Positions 30,219 through 41,981 are shown, counted from the stretch's first letter. The stretch is DNA of 64,000 nucleotides from Candidatus Bathyarchaeota archaeon (GCA_963783645.1 CAWAOH010000016.1:11782-75781); one strand, 5' to 3'. Numbers and translations are program-made. Notes: generated by a model from the sequence alone, not told the origin.

Positions 30219-30788
30219 TTATCTTCTGATCTGTTCGACCATTCGATAAACCTCATCCCAACTCTTGACCCTAAATATGCGTGGCATATCCTTGGCCGAT
30301 CTGTTCCAAGGTTGTGTGTACAACAGTCCAAATCCAAGCAACCTGGAAGCAATCAAGGACATCAAGAAATCTGAGTCGTCAATGAAGATATCGTAGTCAA
30401 GATCGGCCTTCGCGCTAGTGCTCGCTGTTCTGACAAACCGTTCGTAAGGGATTCTGTGATATTGCAGCCATTCCTGCGCAAAAGGGACGGTTTCCTCACT
30501 TCGACCTGTGACTATGTCGATCGTTCCAAGTTTAACAAGACGAGACACTTTTTCTCCCAAATCAGGTTCAACTGCAGGTACTTCTCTCCAATTGAACCAA
30601 GCTTCATCCAATGTTCTCAAAAACTCTTGCCTAGTGATATGTGCATTTTCCCAAGCGTTCCATCGATCAAATGCTTCAGGTGTAAGAGCGGTTGAGCGGC
30701 GACTGTTCAGGATCGTGCAGAAGGATTGCATCGTGTCTGCTAGTACACCGTCTAGGTCCAATGCGATTCGGAGCGTCGTTTTTTGCAA
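30219..30788 (-). CDS. HAD-family 5'(3')-deoxyribonucleotidase-like protein
   Basis: IALDLDGVLADT (DxDxV/T) motif and FIDDS near the C-terminus. Confidence 0.6.
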   Translation of the reverse strand: MQKTTLRIALDLDGVLADTMQSFCTILNSRRSTALTPEAFDRWNAWENAHITRQEFLRTLDEAWFNWREVPAVEPDLGEKVSRLVKLGTIDIVTGRSEETVPFAQEWLQYHRIPYERFVRTASTSAKADLDYDIFIDDSDFLMSLIASRLLGFGLLYTQPWNRSAKDMPRIFRVKSWDEVYRMVEQIRR

Positions 30789-30790
30789 TT

Positions 30791-31237
30791 TTATTCCTGT
30801 TTCAGGACGCCTGTTGCCTTGAGGCGTTCGATTGAGGCCGTAAGCAGATCCATGGGCATTGAAAGATCGAGTGCAGCATTGGATATTGAAATTACTCCAT
30901 CGTGAGCCGCTACATAATCAAAGACTCTTCTATCCTGATCGCTAAAACTCGTTGTCTGCGGTTTTTTGCAGGTAGGACATGTTATGCTTCCGAAAGGAAT
31001 ATTCACACCGCAAAAGAGGCAGGCTTGAAATGCTCTCTGTACGGGCTGATTGTATGAGATGGTCCTGCGAGCGTCAAGAAATTTCTGAACTTTCTTTCTT
31101 AGAGTTCCTTCTGCGGACGCCATTATGCTGGAAACTGATCGCGTTCCGTTAAGACCACAGAAATTGCACGAATAACTTGTTGTACTATATCTCAAAACGT
31201 AACCGCAACACGGACAACGATCAGACGAACCTGACAT
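30791..31237 (-). CDS. Zinc-ribbon protein with C-terminal winged-helix-like domain
   Basis: CPCCG...CNFCG and CLFCG...CPTC pairs. C-terminal RRVFDYVAAHDGVISISNAALDL...IERLKATGVL. Its stop is 2 nt from the downstream start. Confidence 0.5.
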   Translation of the reverse strand: MSGSSDRCPCCGYVLRYSTTSYSCNFCGLNGTRSVSSIMASAEGTLRKKVQKFLDARRTISYNQPVQRAFQACLFCGVNIPFGSITCPTCKKPQTTSFSDQDRRVFDYVAAHDGVISISNAALDLSMPMDLLTASIERLKATGVLKQE

Positions 31238-31293
31238 TCAAGATGCGGCCCGATTCGATGTCAGTGATCTCATCTATTATCAGTTACTGATAG

Positions 31294-32742
31294 CTAAGGC
31301 ATTGTTCGCAAACTGGAAATTGCCTCGCTAACGTTCGCCAAATATCCATCGGTCGTAGTGCTCTGTGACTTGGCTAACTTTCGAATGGCGTTCTCCACGC
31401 CGGTTCCATGCTGTATTGCTTTCTTGCGTCTCCAAACGATATCTTCTGACAATCCTACTTTGCGTGCGGCTTCTCTAAGAACCCATTTGCGTACAAGATC
31501 GTTCCCAGTTTTGACTTTGAATTCTAATGGGATTCGAAATGAAAAGTCGATGACGTCCAAGTTAGCGAATGGGGTTCGTAGGTCTACTCCGGAAGGACAT
31601 GTGGCTTGTTCATCACGCTCGTAGTTTACTTGAGGCGCTTCGATTATGCTACGATACAAAGCAGATACTAGCGCTCTCTTACCTTCGTTGTCAAGGATCC
31701 TCGCGTATTTGTAGTACCCACCGTACAGTTCGTCGCTGCCTTGGCCACACAGCATTACGGAGTGTCCTCGTCGAGCTGCGAGCGTCGATGCCCAGTGCAG
31801 AGGAATGGCGATACTGACTTTCATGAGATCAGGTTCTTCTATCAACCAAAGGACTCTTCGGATGAAATAGCCAAGTGAATCCGCATCATAGGTCTCAATA
31901 GTGATAGGCAGATCCAGTGCTTTCGCGTATTTTTCAACGGTCTGCAACTCGGAGGAACCTTCTAGTCCGGTGCTGATCAGCTCAACTTCCAGATTCGCCT
32001 GTTTTGCTAATAGAGCAGTAATCGCGCTATCGAGTCCACCAGAGAACGCGACTGCTACGCGATCGACGTCACTGGTGATTAGTCGAATTGATTGCTGCAA
32101 TACCCGCTTGAGTCGAGCAGCGGCATAATTCATTGTCATAGATCTTGCGTGCGGTCGAGGAAATCTGAACAGGCATTTCCTGGTTAGTCCTTGCGATTTG
32201 ACTGTGTAGAGATATCCAGGAAGAATTCGCTCAGTTCTGGTGTGTCCTATGCGCCATAGAGCCTTTCGCTCTGATGCAATTGCCGTTACGTCAGATTTGT
32301 TGGAGTAGTATAGAGGTTTGAGTCCGATCGGGTCCCTCACTGCCGAGAGAGTATTCGATCTCATGGAAACTTCTGCGAATGCTCCAGGTATTTTCGTGAT
32401 TGAATTGAATCTCTCCAGCGATTTGTGAAGAGCTATCTGAGCTTGCCCTCGCTGATTTCTCTCGAAGAATATGCCGTCCAATGCAACGGTCGCGAGTTTT
32501 GATTCCAAGAACCCCTTCCTAGGATTGTTTGATGCGTATCCAAGGCCTAGTTGAGGGCGCTCATTTGAGTATGCAAGGATGAAGTCGTTGCTGCCTCTGT
32601 GCTTCAATGCGGATAGCATGTCATTAACAAGACCCTTCACATCTTGGCCTTTAGTAGAATAAGCGGCTGCAAGGGCAGTCATTTTGCTTCTGCATCTTTT
32701 GTTTGTGTTGGCTTTATAACTGAACTGTTCAAGTAGGAGCAC
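31294..32742 (-). CDS. Asparagine-synthase-like PP-loop ATPase lacking the N-terminal Cys nucleophile
   Basis: VAFSGGLDSA PP-loop. The N-terminal Ntn-like domain begins MTALAAAY (likely start about 32682) instead of MCG. Confidence 0.7.
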   Translation of the reverse strand: MLLLEQFSYKANTNKRCRSKMTALAAAYSTKGQDVKGLVNDMLSALKHRGSNDFILAYSNERPQLGLGYASNNPRKGFLESKLATVALDGIFFERNQRGQAQIALHKSLERFNSITKIPGAFAEVSMRSNTLSAVRDPIGLKPLYYSNKSDVTAIASERKALWRIGHTRTERILPGYLYTVKSQGLTRKCLFRFPRPHARSMTMNYAAARLKRVLQQSIRLITSDVDRVAVAFSGGLDSAITALLAKQANLEVELISTGLEGSSELQTVEKYAKALDLPITIETYDADSLGYFIRRVLWLIEEPDLMKVSIAIPLHWASTLAARRGHSVMLCGQGSDELYGGYYKYARILDNEGKRALVSALYRSIIEAPQVNYERDEQATCPSGVDLRTPFANLDVIDFSFRIPLEFKVKTGNDLVRKWVLREAARKVGLSEDIVWRRKKAIQHGTGVENAIRKLAKSQSTTTDGYLANVSEAISSLRTMP

Positions 32743-32751
32743 GAGACACCG

Positions 32752-34116
32752 TTGCCTATACTTCCAATCGATACTGGGCGTTATGGGAGTCCGGAAATAC
32801 GCAGTGTTTTCGACGAGAGTACCAGATTTCAGCGTATGCTTGATGTTGAAGCTGCACTAGCCTGGGCGAGGGCGGAGGTCGGTGATATACCAAAAGAAGC
32901 AGGCGCCGAAATCTTGAGACATGCATCTCTGCAATACGTAAAGTTGGAACGAATTCTAGAAATCGAGAAGACTACTGATCACGAAGTGATGGCGCTTGTT
33001 GACGCACTAGCTGAAGTCTCTGGAATAGGCGGAGCATACGTACACCTTGGCGCCACCTCCGCAGACATACTTGACACTGCACTAGCACTGCAAATGAAAG
33101 ATGGATTAGCTCTGATATCACAGAAGATGGACAGGCTCGAAGAGGTCATCCTTGACCTTGCAAAACGATACCGTGACACACTGATTATTGGGCGTACTCA
33201 CGCACAGCACGCATTGCCAATGACTCTTGGACTAAAATTCGCAGTATGGTTACGAGAGATTGGCAGGCATATTGAACGCCTCAATGAATGCAAGCAGCGG
33301 GTCCTCGTAGGAAAAATGAGCGGCGCGATTGGTACGATGGCGGGATTCGGCAAGAACGCGATTCAGATACAGAATCTGGTCATGGAGAGGCTCGGCCTTA
33401 ATGCACCTGAGGTGACTAGCCAGATAGTTCAGCGGGATCGTTACGCTGAGCTGGTATGCCTATTTGCAGTGGTCGCCAGCTCTTTGGACAAGTTCGCGAC
33501 TGAAATCCGAAACCTACAGAGACCAGAGATTGATGAGCTAAGTGAACCGTTTCAGACAGGAAAGCAGGTAGGTAGTTCAGCGATGCCGCAAAAACGAAAT
33601 CCGTGGAGAAGCGAGAGTGTCTCGAGTATAGCAAAAATCGAACGTAGCCTAGTTGCTCCAGCTTTAGAAGGAATTGTTACGTGGCATGAAAGGGACCTTT
33701 CCCAATCTGCTTCCGAACGTTTTGTGATCCCAGAGTCATTCATTCTCATGGATCACGTCTTAGGTTCAATTACCCGAATCCTTAGCGGACTTCGAGTAAA
33801 CGAAGATAAAATGCTGAGCAATTTGATGAAATGGAAAGATCCGATGATGACTGAGTCCGTGATGATTGCGCTCGTCAACAAGGGCATGCCTCGACAGGAA
33901 GCTCACAGGCTGCTTCAACAGCTTGTCTTTAGCAGTCAGCAAACTGGGGAGAGCTTAGGTACCGTACTGCTGAAAAACGACGCTGTATCAAAGCTCCTGA
34001 GCCCATCAGAAATCGAATCTTGCTTGGACCCCAAGTCGTACCTAGGTATGTCCGGTAACCTCGTCGATTTGGCAGTGAGTAAAACGAAGGGTGAACGGTT
34101 AGCTCGCGGCCTATAG
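32752..34116 (+). CDS. purB: Adenylosuccinate lyase
   Basis: 454 aa, fumarate-lyase signature GSSAMPQKRNP. Confidence 0.9.
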   Translation: MPILPIDTGRYGSPEIRSVFDESTRFQRMLDVEAALAWARAEVGDIPKEAGAEILRHASLQYVKLERILEIEKTTDHEVMALVDALAEVSGIGGAYVHLGATSADILDTALALQMKDGLALISQKMDRLEEVILDLAKRYRDTLIIGRTHAQHALPMTLGLKFAVWLREIGRHIERLNECKQRVLVGKMSGAIGTMAGFGKNAIQIQNLVMERLGLNAPEVTSQIVQRDRYAELVCLFAVVASSLDKFATEIRNLQRPEIDELSEPFQTGKQVGSSAMPQKRNPWRSESVSSIAKIERSLVAPALEGIVTWHERDLSQSASERFVIPESFILMDHVLGSITRILSGLRVNEDKMLSNLMKWKDPMMTESVMIALVNKGMPRQEAHRLLQQLVFSSQQTGESLGTVLLKNDAVSKLLSPSEIESCLDPKSYLGMSGNLVDLAVSKTKGERLARGL

Positions 34117-36374
34117 TTAACTTGTTTCGTCTTCGTGATAATCTGTTAGCAAACTCTGTTCAGTACCTTCGACAGCTCCTGACTTCAAACTCTCCCATTC
34201 GTCAGCTTTGATTAGTCCTCCAACTTGCTCCTTGATTTTTTTCGCTACGGTGGGGCCGATCAAAGGTACGTTCATGAGGTCTGTTACTGAGGCATGTTTG
34301 AGTTCCTCAATTGTCCTATAACCGGCGTTGAATAGTGCACGGGCGCCCGGCCGACGCTATCAATTTCGACCAGGGGCACTAGTTCCGATTTCACTCCTTT
34401 GGCGCAACGGACTTGGAGCTCTTTCGTAATTTTCATCAGATCCTTGTGGCCGAAGAGTTCAGCTAGCTCGTAGGTTGCATGAAGGAGCCATTTGGAAGTA
34501 TCCACTATCCTGAGAATGTCTCCTGGTTCCACTTTGTGAGCTTCCAATATTCCGTCCTCAGAGGTCTCATTGATCCATTCGTAGAGTACTCGTGCGCATT
34601 TTATCTCGGAAAGGAATTCTTCGTAAGTTATACCGTTTGTCTCTCCATAGAATTCCGGGACTTCGCACATGTATTCGCCTTCATGCTCGCGAGCAAAGAG
34701 ATCGAGCATTTCGTCCTCTCCTCTTCGCGGGTAGAGTCGAGGAGCAATGTCAGGTGTCCTGGAGATTAGGTGCAGGAAGCTCACATCAGTTACATGTTTC
34801 GCTCGTGTGTAGAGGCCGTCACGTAAGATTACAGCTGATACTGGGTCTATGTACAGCTCTGATACCCTTCGTCCGAATCTAGTTGCTTTGAGCTCTTCAC
34901 CATCGAATTCAACCATTTGTTCTCTGCCTAGAAATCGCAGAATATCACCGAGCTTTGATCGAATCATTTTCGGATCGTATTGATATGCGTAGAATGTTTT
35001 CGCAAAGAAATTAATGAGGCCGTCTTCGCTATTCGCGAATCGGGTAGCTATGGTAGCGAGCACGTGCGGGCGAAGGACCTTCTCCGCACCGAGTTTTGAC
35101 CAGATCCGTTCCGGTTCTGCAAGCGCATAATTCTTCAAGAGATAGTCCTGCTCGTCTTCCGTCCTTGCCATGAGGATTGCCTCGCCATATTTGTCGTAAC
35201 GTGGGCGGCCAGCTCGTCCGCAGAATTGCTTGTATTCCAAGACTGAAATAGGGTATCGACCGTATCCGGCCTCGTACCTCTCGTAACTGGTTATGATGAC
35301 TGTCCTCGCTGGCAAATTTACTCCTGCAGCGAGGGTAGGGGTTGCCGATAGAATCTTCAGTCGGCTTGACTTGAACCCCTCCTCAATGATCTTCCTGTGT
35401 CCTCCTGTTAGGCCAGCATGATGGAACGCAGCGCCGTTTAGTGTTTGCTCAGCAAGCGTTTCACTTAGTCGTGTTCTTTCCCCGACCGATAAGATGCGCT
35501 GTGCTATTATTTCGAGTCCTCTGCGGTCGCCTTTGGAGAGGTTCCGTCGAAGCAGTGCTGAGGCTTTCTTCCCCATATCTACTGCGAGTCGTCGTGTCTC
35601 AGCGAATAACAGAACCTGTCCGTCATTGTTAACGACGTCGAGCGCAATATCGAAAATCGGATTTTGTTCACTGCGTGGGATTATTCGAGATGATCCATCC
35701 TTGAACTGTATCTGCCCGTCGTAGTACACACCCTCTCTAAGTGGAACGGGGCGCCACTCCGTCGTCACAGGGACTCCGTTAAGCCATTCCGCGATTTCGG
35801 TTGCGTTCTTGATAGTTGCACTAAGGGCGAGCAGCTGGAGTCTTGGATTGATCTTCAACAAACGAGTAAGGACAACTTCAAGGGTTGGGCCTCTACCTGC
35901 TTCTGTTAGTAAATGAATTTCATCAGCAACAACGACGGCTACGTCGGATATCCAAGGAGGTCTATGCCTTAGCAGCGAGTCAGCTTTCTCATTAGTTGAG
36001 ATGATAATGTCGTAGTTGGCAAGGTAAATGTCGGAACTATCATATTCGCCACTGGTGAGTGCAACTCGAATTTTCTTTCCAGGACTCTTTTCGATCGATG
36101 TGTATTTCGAGAAGTCTTCGAATTTTTCACTCGTGAGTGCTCGGAGTGGTGTCAAATAGAGGGCTTTTCCACCCTTCTCCAGGACTGCCTTCAGGATCAC
36201 GAGTTCAGCGATGAGTGTCTTCCCAGATGCTGTCGGACTGGCCAGAATGATGTTCTTTCCGTCTAATGCTCCTGCAATAACGGCATCTTCTTGCGGTGGG
36301 TATAATGTGTCATATCCAGCTTTCGCTAAGACCGCTTTTATGGAATCAGGTATGGAGAGTTCATCGATGTGCAA
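34117..36374 (-). CDS. hel308: Hel308/Hjm-type Ski2-like DNA helicase; C-terminal HhH domain out of frame as assembled (shift near 34345)
   Basis: SPTASGKT, VVADEIHLL. Track ORF ends at 34284, but ARALFNAGYRTIEELKHASVTDLMNVPLIGPTVAKKIKEQVGG... is readable in another frame down to TAA 34119..34117. Confidence 0.85.
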
Positions 36375-36388
36375 TGATCGGGATTCTT

Positions 36389-38427
36389 CTATACTGCTGT
36401 TCTTTTAACGTGACCAGGTTTGGGTTGGTAGAGCAACCCTTCTTTCAACATTTGCTGTATGAGTGATCTCGCATCAGACTCGGACACTTCGACTTTGGTT
36501 GATACCACCTTTATCAGCTCCGTCTCTTCGACAACATCCACTTGCCTCTCCATTTCTTTGACCGTGCCTAGGATTATTTGCATTCGATCATTCTGGTTCC
36601 TGCTCTTCCCCGTCATTAAGATGTCGATGTCCATCTTGCCTGTTTCAGTGTCTATGCCCACTTCTTGCATCGATATGGTGAAGAGCCGTATGATCGCCTG
36701 AGTGTCCTCAACGAGTATTCTGTCGCGGAGAAAGGCTCTAGCTCGAGCTTCTGAGAGTCTGACGAGCGCTTCGAGTTGACGAGGCGTAATTGGAACAGGT
36801 GATTCAGTGGAGCCGGACATAGAACGCATTCTCAGGTAATATTCCCGGATGGAGGCAGCGGCTTCGTCCGTCAAGATGGGTTCCACTCTCTTCGCGTAGG
36901 AAATGTACTTTCGAAGCATGTCCGACGACAGCGGTGTTTCAACTGGGGCTCGCCTTGTGTGGTGAATTGTGAGGATATGATCGGACATTTTGCCATCTGC
37001 GTCAGGATCAGGAGTATCCTTCATTATGAAATAGAGATCAAAACGTGACAATAGGGTGACGGGCAGGTTGATGTTGTCTGCGATTGTCCTGTACGGATTG
37101 TATCTTCCGAATTGAGGGTTAGCTGCGGCAAGAACGGCCGTTCTTGCGTTGAGCGTTGCTACAATTCCTCCTTTTGCGATGCTTACAGTATGCTGTTCTA
37201 ATGCTTCGTGGATGGCAACTCGATCTTCGGGTCGCATTTTGTCGATTTCATCAATTGCAGCCACCCCTTTGTCGGCTAGAACCAACGCGCCTGCTTCAAG
37301 AATCATGCCCCCATTCTTTTGCGTATCACTGCAGCAGTGAGGCCTGCAGCTGTGGTGCCTCTTCCGCTCGTGTAAAGTCCTCGCGGAGCTATTCTAGAGA
37401 CGTACTGAAGGAGTTGACTTTTTGCGACTCCCGGGTCTCCAACTAACAGGACGTTAATTTCACCACGAATGTTGACGCCATCTACTAGATGCTTCGGAAC
37501 TCCTCCGAAGATCAGGTAGAGCAACGCTTCCTTGATGTCTCCGTACCCATAGATCGAGGGAGCCAGCGATGCTATGAGTTTTCGATGAATTAAAGGATCG
37601 ATTGCAAGCTCACGAATGTGACGTTCATCGTCGGCCGTTATTTCTACAACATCTACTTCCTTTCCGACTACTTCTACATAATTAGCGTCCAGGAGCAAGT
37701 CGAAGGTGCGAAGTCTTGCTTTTTGCCCGACGAATTCCTGTTGCGCTTTAGCGACACCTGTCACGGCAACACGGTCGCCTGGTCTTGCCACGTCGACTAG
37801 GTCCTCGAGGAGTTTGATGTCCAACACTCTGGGTAATTGGCCTGGAGGTAGATCTTCTGGACGTTCTTGGATACGAATCTCTTGAGAATTCACGAATGCT
37901 GATTGTTTCTCCAAGAATTCAAAGAGCTTGGATCTGCAGTGCGCGCAAATTCCAGGGCCGCGCATCAATATTCCACCTTGTTCTACGTATGTTAGCGCAT
38001 TGCATTTGCGACACTGAAACGCCGCTTTGAGGAGGAGTGGTTTCACTGTGGTCGATCGAACGATAATGCCATCAATCAGGAGGAGTTTGCCAATATTCTC
38101 GGAGCCGATCTTACGGAATAGATGCTTCTCGGGAAGTTTTCTGAGCCTAATGCGAAGAGACTTGATCGACTCCGCATACTCTGGATCCTCTATTTTGAGT
38201 TGAGCCCATGCGCTTCTGTCTAGATATCCAAGATACTCGTCTGGTTTCGCGAGAATCAAACGCGCAAGCTCAGGATCGACGGCGATCAAGTCTTCAAAGT
38301 CAACGATAATTGAGCGTGACCCAGTAAGAGCAGCATTACCAAGACGTTTACGATACTTGTATTCGCCTTCTACGGCGTAAGACCTCAGGAAGTCCTGGAA
38401 CCGCTCTTCAGGACTCTGTGACGTCAT
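36389..38427 (-). CDS. mcm: MCM replicative helicase, split by a single -1 shift at a C5/G5 run (37308..37312)
   Basis: Zn finger CRKCN...CAHC, GDPGVAKSQLL, IDEIDKM. The two ORFs meet at ...TAAVIRKRMG / MILEAGALVLADKG. Confidence 0.9.
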
Positions 38428-38430
38428 TCT

Positions 38431-38986
38431 TTAGACTCCTGAAGCAGTGTAGACTTTCCACTCCTCGATGGTTTTGTTGAGAACGGCGTAGAGCGATTTC
38501 TCTTCCAGTGTTAATCCTTGCATTATTTCCTCAGAGGCTGCGGGTGACGCAGCGAGTGCAACAATCTTCCTTACCCGACAGTTCACGATATCCCTAACGA
38601 GGGTCTCAGTTCTTTCCAGCTCGCGTAATTTCACTTGATCCTGTTTGCTCTGTTTTCTAAGCTCATTGAGATGCCGCCGCAATAGGCAGTAGAAATTAGC
38701 TTGCAGCGACGGAATTCGCCTGGAGTCCAGGAATTGTCTCTCGCCAATGAATCTTTGAGAGCGAGTTGAAAGTGAGGACATCTTCCTCTCGGAATCTCGC
38801 ATATCCGAGTTGAACGAGCTCCCTTGCGGTCCAGTATGGTACCTCAGCCTCCTGGCCGATCCTGACGGACGTGAGTTTAGGCATTCTTGGCATCTCAGGC
38901 AGCTCTCTAATCAGGACTATTCTAATCGGAGAGTTCTCGAAGTCGAAGTCAATGTCTCCTACTGAAATCAACGCCGCTTCCGCCAA
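38431..38986 (-). CDS. GINS subunit (Gins23-like domain order), frameshifted as assembled (+1 near 38745)
   Basis: ORFs 38696..38986 and 38431..38802 overlap. Joined reading is ...LSKIHWRE|RQFLDSRRIPSLQANFYCLLRRHL. It sits immediately upstream of mcm on the same strand. Confidence 0.55.
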
Positions 38987-39224
38987 CTCCTCACCGCTTG
39001 CGTCTTCATGATTTAAGTCCTATGTCTAGTGTTACATTCTGTTTAGTCTAATTTTCCTGTGGAGAGTTGTTTGTAAGGGGAGAGAGATCACTGAAAGTGT
39101 TGTCGCTTTTTTCGTGTTCAAGTTCCACCAGAAACTCATGCCAAGGCTTTTGAAGGACGCATGCAGACTCTGCCTGCACTGGAAATCAGATTGAGGAAAA
39201 ATCATCTTGAGCCAAAACGGTCTC

Positions 39225-40187
39225 ATGTGGATAGAGAAGTATCGACCTAGAACGCTTGATGCCGTAGTTAATCAGCGGGAGAGCGTTGAGAGCATCAAAG
39301 CTCTCCTGAAAACTCCCGCAACGATGCCCCACCTCTTGTTCTCAGGCCCGCCTGGAACGGGGAAGAGCACTATGGCTCTTTGTATCGCTCGCCAGCTGAT
39401 GGGAGACAACTTCAGGCGACTCGTTCTGGAATTGAACGCTTCCGATGAACGTGGTATTGGGGTTGTACGGGAGAGAATCAAAGGTTTTTCACAGGTAATT
39501 CAGACTGCGCCTTCAGGAGTTCAGTATGGGCTTGTCATACTGGATGAATGTGATGAGATGACTAGAGATGCTCAGACTGCCTTACGTAGGATTATGGAGA
39601 CATCATCCAGAACATGCAGGTTCATCCTCATCTGTAATTACCAGAGTGGGATCATTGAACCGATTCAAAGCCGATGCTCCATATTCCGATTCAAGCAACT
39701 CGAAAAGAAAGATGCAATCGTTTACCTTTCAATGATCTGCAAAGCAGAGAAGGTTAGCGCAGATGAGGATGCGATAGAGCGCATCTTTGACCTTTCTGAG
39801 GGAGACCTAAGAAGGGCAATCAATTACCTCCAAGTAGCAACCACGAGCTCAAAGGCAGGGAAGCTTGATCTTACTCAACTTAACAAGATGGCTCCAAACG
39901 ACGAGGGCGATAGCGTCCGTGCTATGCTGCTAACTGCCATTCAAGGAAACTTTCTGAAAGCTCGTGACCTAATGTACGAGCTAATGGGAAAGCACGGGAT
40001 GAGTGGGAGAGAGATAATCCGTATCGCAAACCGCGAAGTAGTTCAGATAGTTGAGTTAGAAGCAAAGAAGCAAGTTGAAGCAGTCCGGTTACTCGGCGAA
40101 TATGACTTCAGACTCTCACAAGGGGCTAACGAGGATATTCAACTAAGCGCAATGCTCGCACAGATCAGTCTACTAGGAAGCAAGTAG
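39225..40187 (+). CDS. rfcS: Replication factor C small subunit
   Basis: MWIEKYRP, GPPGTGKST, DECDEM, QSRCSIFRF (SRC motif), GDLRRAINYLQ. Confidence 0.9.
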   Translation: MWIEKYRPRTLDAVVNQRESVESIKALLKTPATMPHLLFSGPPGTGKSTMALCIARQLMGDNFRRLVLELNASDERGIGVVRERIKGFSQVIQTAPSGVQYGLVILDECDEMTRDAQTALRRIMETSSRTCRFILICNYQSGIIEPIQSRCSIFRFKQLEKKDAIVYLSMICKAEKVSADEDAIERIFDLSEGDLRRAINYLQVATTSSKAGKLDLTQLNKMAPNDEGDSVRAMLLTAIQGNFLKARDLMYELMGKHGMSGREIIRIANREVVQIVELEAKKQVEAVRLLGEYDFRLSQGANEDIQLSAMLAQISLLGSK

Positions 40188-40192
40188 CAAAC

Positions 40193-41981
40193 TTGCAGGC
40201 TAAGTCGTGGGCGGAGAAATACCGGCCACAGAGTTGCGCAGATCTTGTCGGGAACGAAGAAGCCGTTTCTAAGTTTGGATCTTGGCTTGGATCGTGGACG
40301 TCAAGACGAGGCAAGACCAAGAAAGCGTGTCTCCTAGTAGGACCGCCCGGAGTAGGGAAGACGTCTCTCGCAAGAGCAGCTGCTAACGATTTCCGTTTCC
40401 GAGTGGTTGAGCTGAACGCAAGCGATGTAAGGACTGAGAAGGCCATAGAGAAGGCGCTTGTACCAGCAAGCGCGCTCACTCTCTGACTCATACTCAGAGG
40501 CCAGTCATGGCAACCTAATATTGCTAGACGAAGTTGACGGTGTTTTCGGTAGGGAAGATAGAGGCGGAATAGGCGCCATATTATCCGCAGTAGAGGTCTC
40601 GCCTGTCCCCATAATTCTCACCGCCAACAATGTCGAGGACGAACGATTTGATGATTTGAGGAAAGCATGCTCAGTAATCGAGCTTTTCGAGATTCGGCCA
40701 AGATTGCTCCTCATGCTCGTTCAGAGAATCATAGCGGAAGAACGTGTCAATGTTAGTCCTAGAGTAATCGAAGCGATCGTCCGGAGGTCACAGTGGAGAC
40801 CTACGGTCCACTATAAATGACGCCCAGGCTGCTGCAGCCGGAGTTTTCGATGTGTCAGGCATCACGAACACAAAAACTAGATGAGGGGTTGACTCTGAAA
40901 GGACTATTTGAGTCACATGAATTCGGTAAAGCCAGAAGAGCGTTGAACGATACGGAGATTCCGCTCTACAAAGATGAGTTGCTGCTTCTACTGCATGACC
41001 TCCTTCCGTACGTGTACACTTCGCGCCTGAAATTGGCCCTAGCTTACGACAGCCTGTCGCACGCAGACATTGCATATGGAAGAATCGGGGCTAGCAGATC
41101 CAGGGGCATGGAGCCACCACCCTTTAACATGCCACGACGAGACTCAGTTCCACAATGGAACCTGCTCCCTGTTGCCTTGAACGAGTTGGCCTCAGTAGGA
41201 GTGCAAGAAACAGACAACAGTGTGGAGAACGCTTTGAGTTCTTCAACGCAGTCTATCGCAAAAGACTGCCGAACGTTACCAGTACCGTCTATGGACAATT
41301 AATCGAGTATGCGGGAAGATTGCAAGGACTTGCCATGTCTCGAAGAGAACTGCACTGCGTCATGTATTTCCGTTTCTCATTGGTCTATTTCGCAGCTGAC
41401 GAGACTTCGGGAATAGAGACCGCGACTGCAATGGAGCTGGAAGAGAGAGATATAGAGTTCCTGAAAGGAGAAGCCAAGTCGGCTGTTACGCTAACGGGTT
41501 CCGCAGAGATGCTGGATCCAGCGGACTTCAAGCTGCCATATATGGGAAAAGACAAGTTCATTCAACTCATGCGTGTCGGAATAAAATACAACTCAAGCGC
41601 TCGACATTTTCTGTGCGTCGGATGGATAATCTTGATTCAGTCGAGGAGAGCCTCTCGCAGATAGTCGGGAAACCCGTGAAGTTCGTACGCCCAGAACTAA
41701 TATCCGAACTAAAGCATGTCAGCGAGAACATAACGATGGTGTGCTATGTTGACGGTAAGGAGATATCCTGCGATACGTGTGACTTTGTTGAATCATGTCC
41801 GACCCGTTTCTTACAGGATCTGAAGTATTGCATCTGTAAAGAGACGCTATCTGATGAGCAAGCGTACAGAGAGTATATAACGAAAAACCAGGAATTCTTG
41901 GAGGAAATGATACCGGCCAAAAAGGTAGCTGTCAAGAAGCCGAAAGCTGGAAAGAGAAGAAAGACTAGTGTTCGCGACTAA
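40193..41981 (+). pseudogene. rfcL: Replication factor C large subunit, at least 5 frame interruptions
   Basis: Pieces 40193..40486 (WAEKYRP, GPPGVGKTS), 40458..40820 (LILLDEVDG), an unlisted frame with GGDLRSTINDAQAAA (about 40795..40890), then 40817..41302, 41155..41664 and 41613..41981. Confidence 0.8.

Noticed and set aside
37303-37312. Programmed ribosomal frameshifting or transcriptional slippage as the explanation for the split genes
   Set aside because: The junctions need both +1 and -1 shifts. They share no slippery heptamer or common motif, and several lie in ordinary sequence. rfcL and cdc6 would each need 4-5 separate events.
36389-38427. Inteins in MCM, RFC, Hel308, aEF-2 or ligase as the cause of the split ORFs
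   Set aside because: The protein sequence is contiguous across every junction after a 1-nt correction. There are no extra ~150-500-aa inserts and no intein splicing blocks.
40193-41981. Treating the five rfcL fragments as separate small genes
   Set aside because: Consecutive RFC-L motifs (WAEKYRP, GPPGVGKTS, LILLDEVDG, GDLRSTIND) appear in the expected order across the fragments, so this is one disrupted gene.
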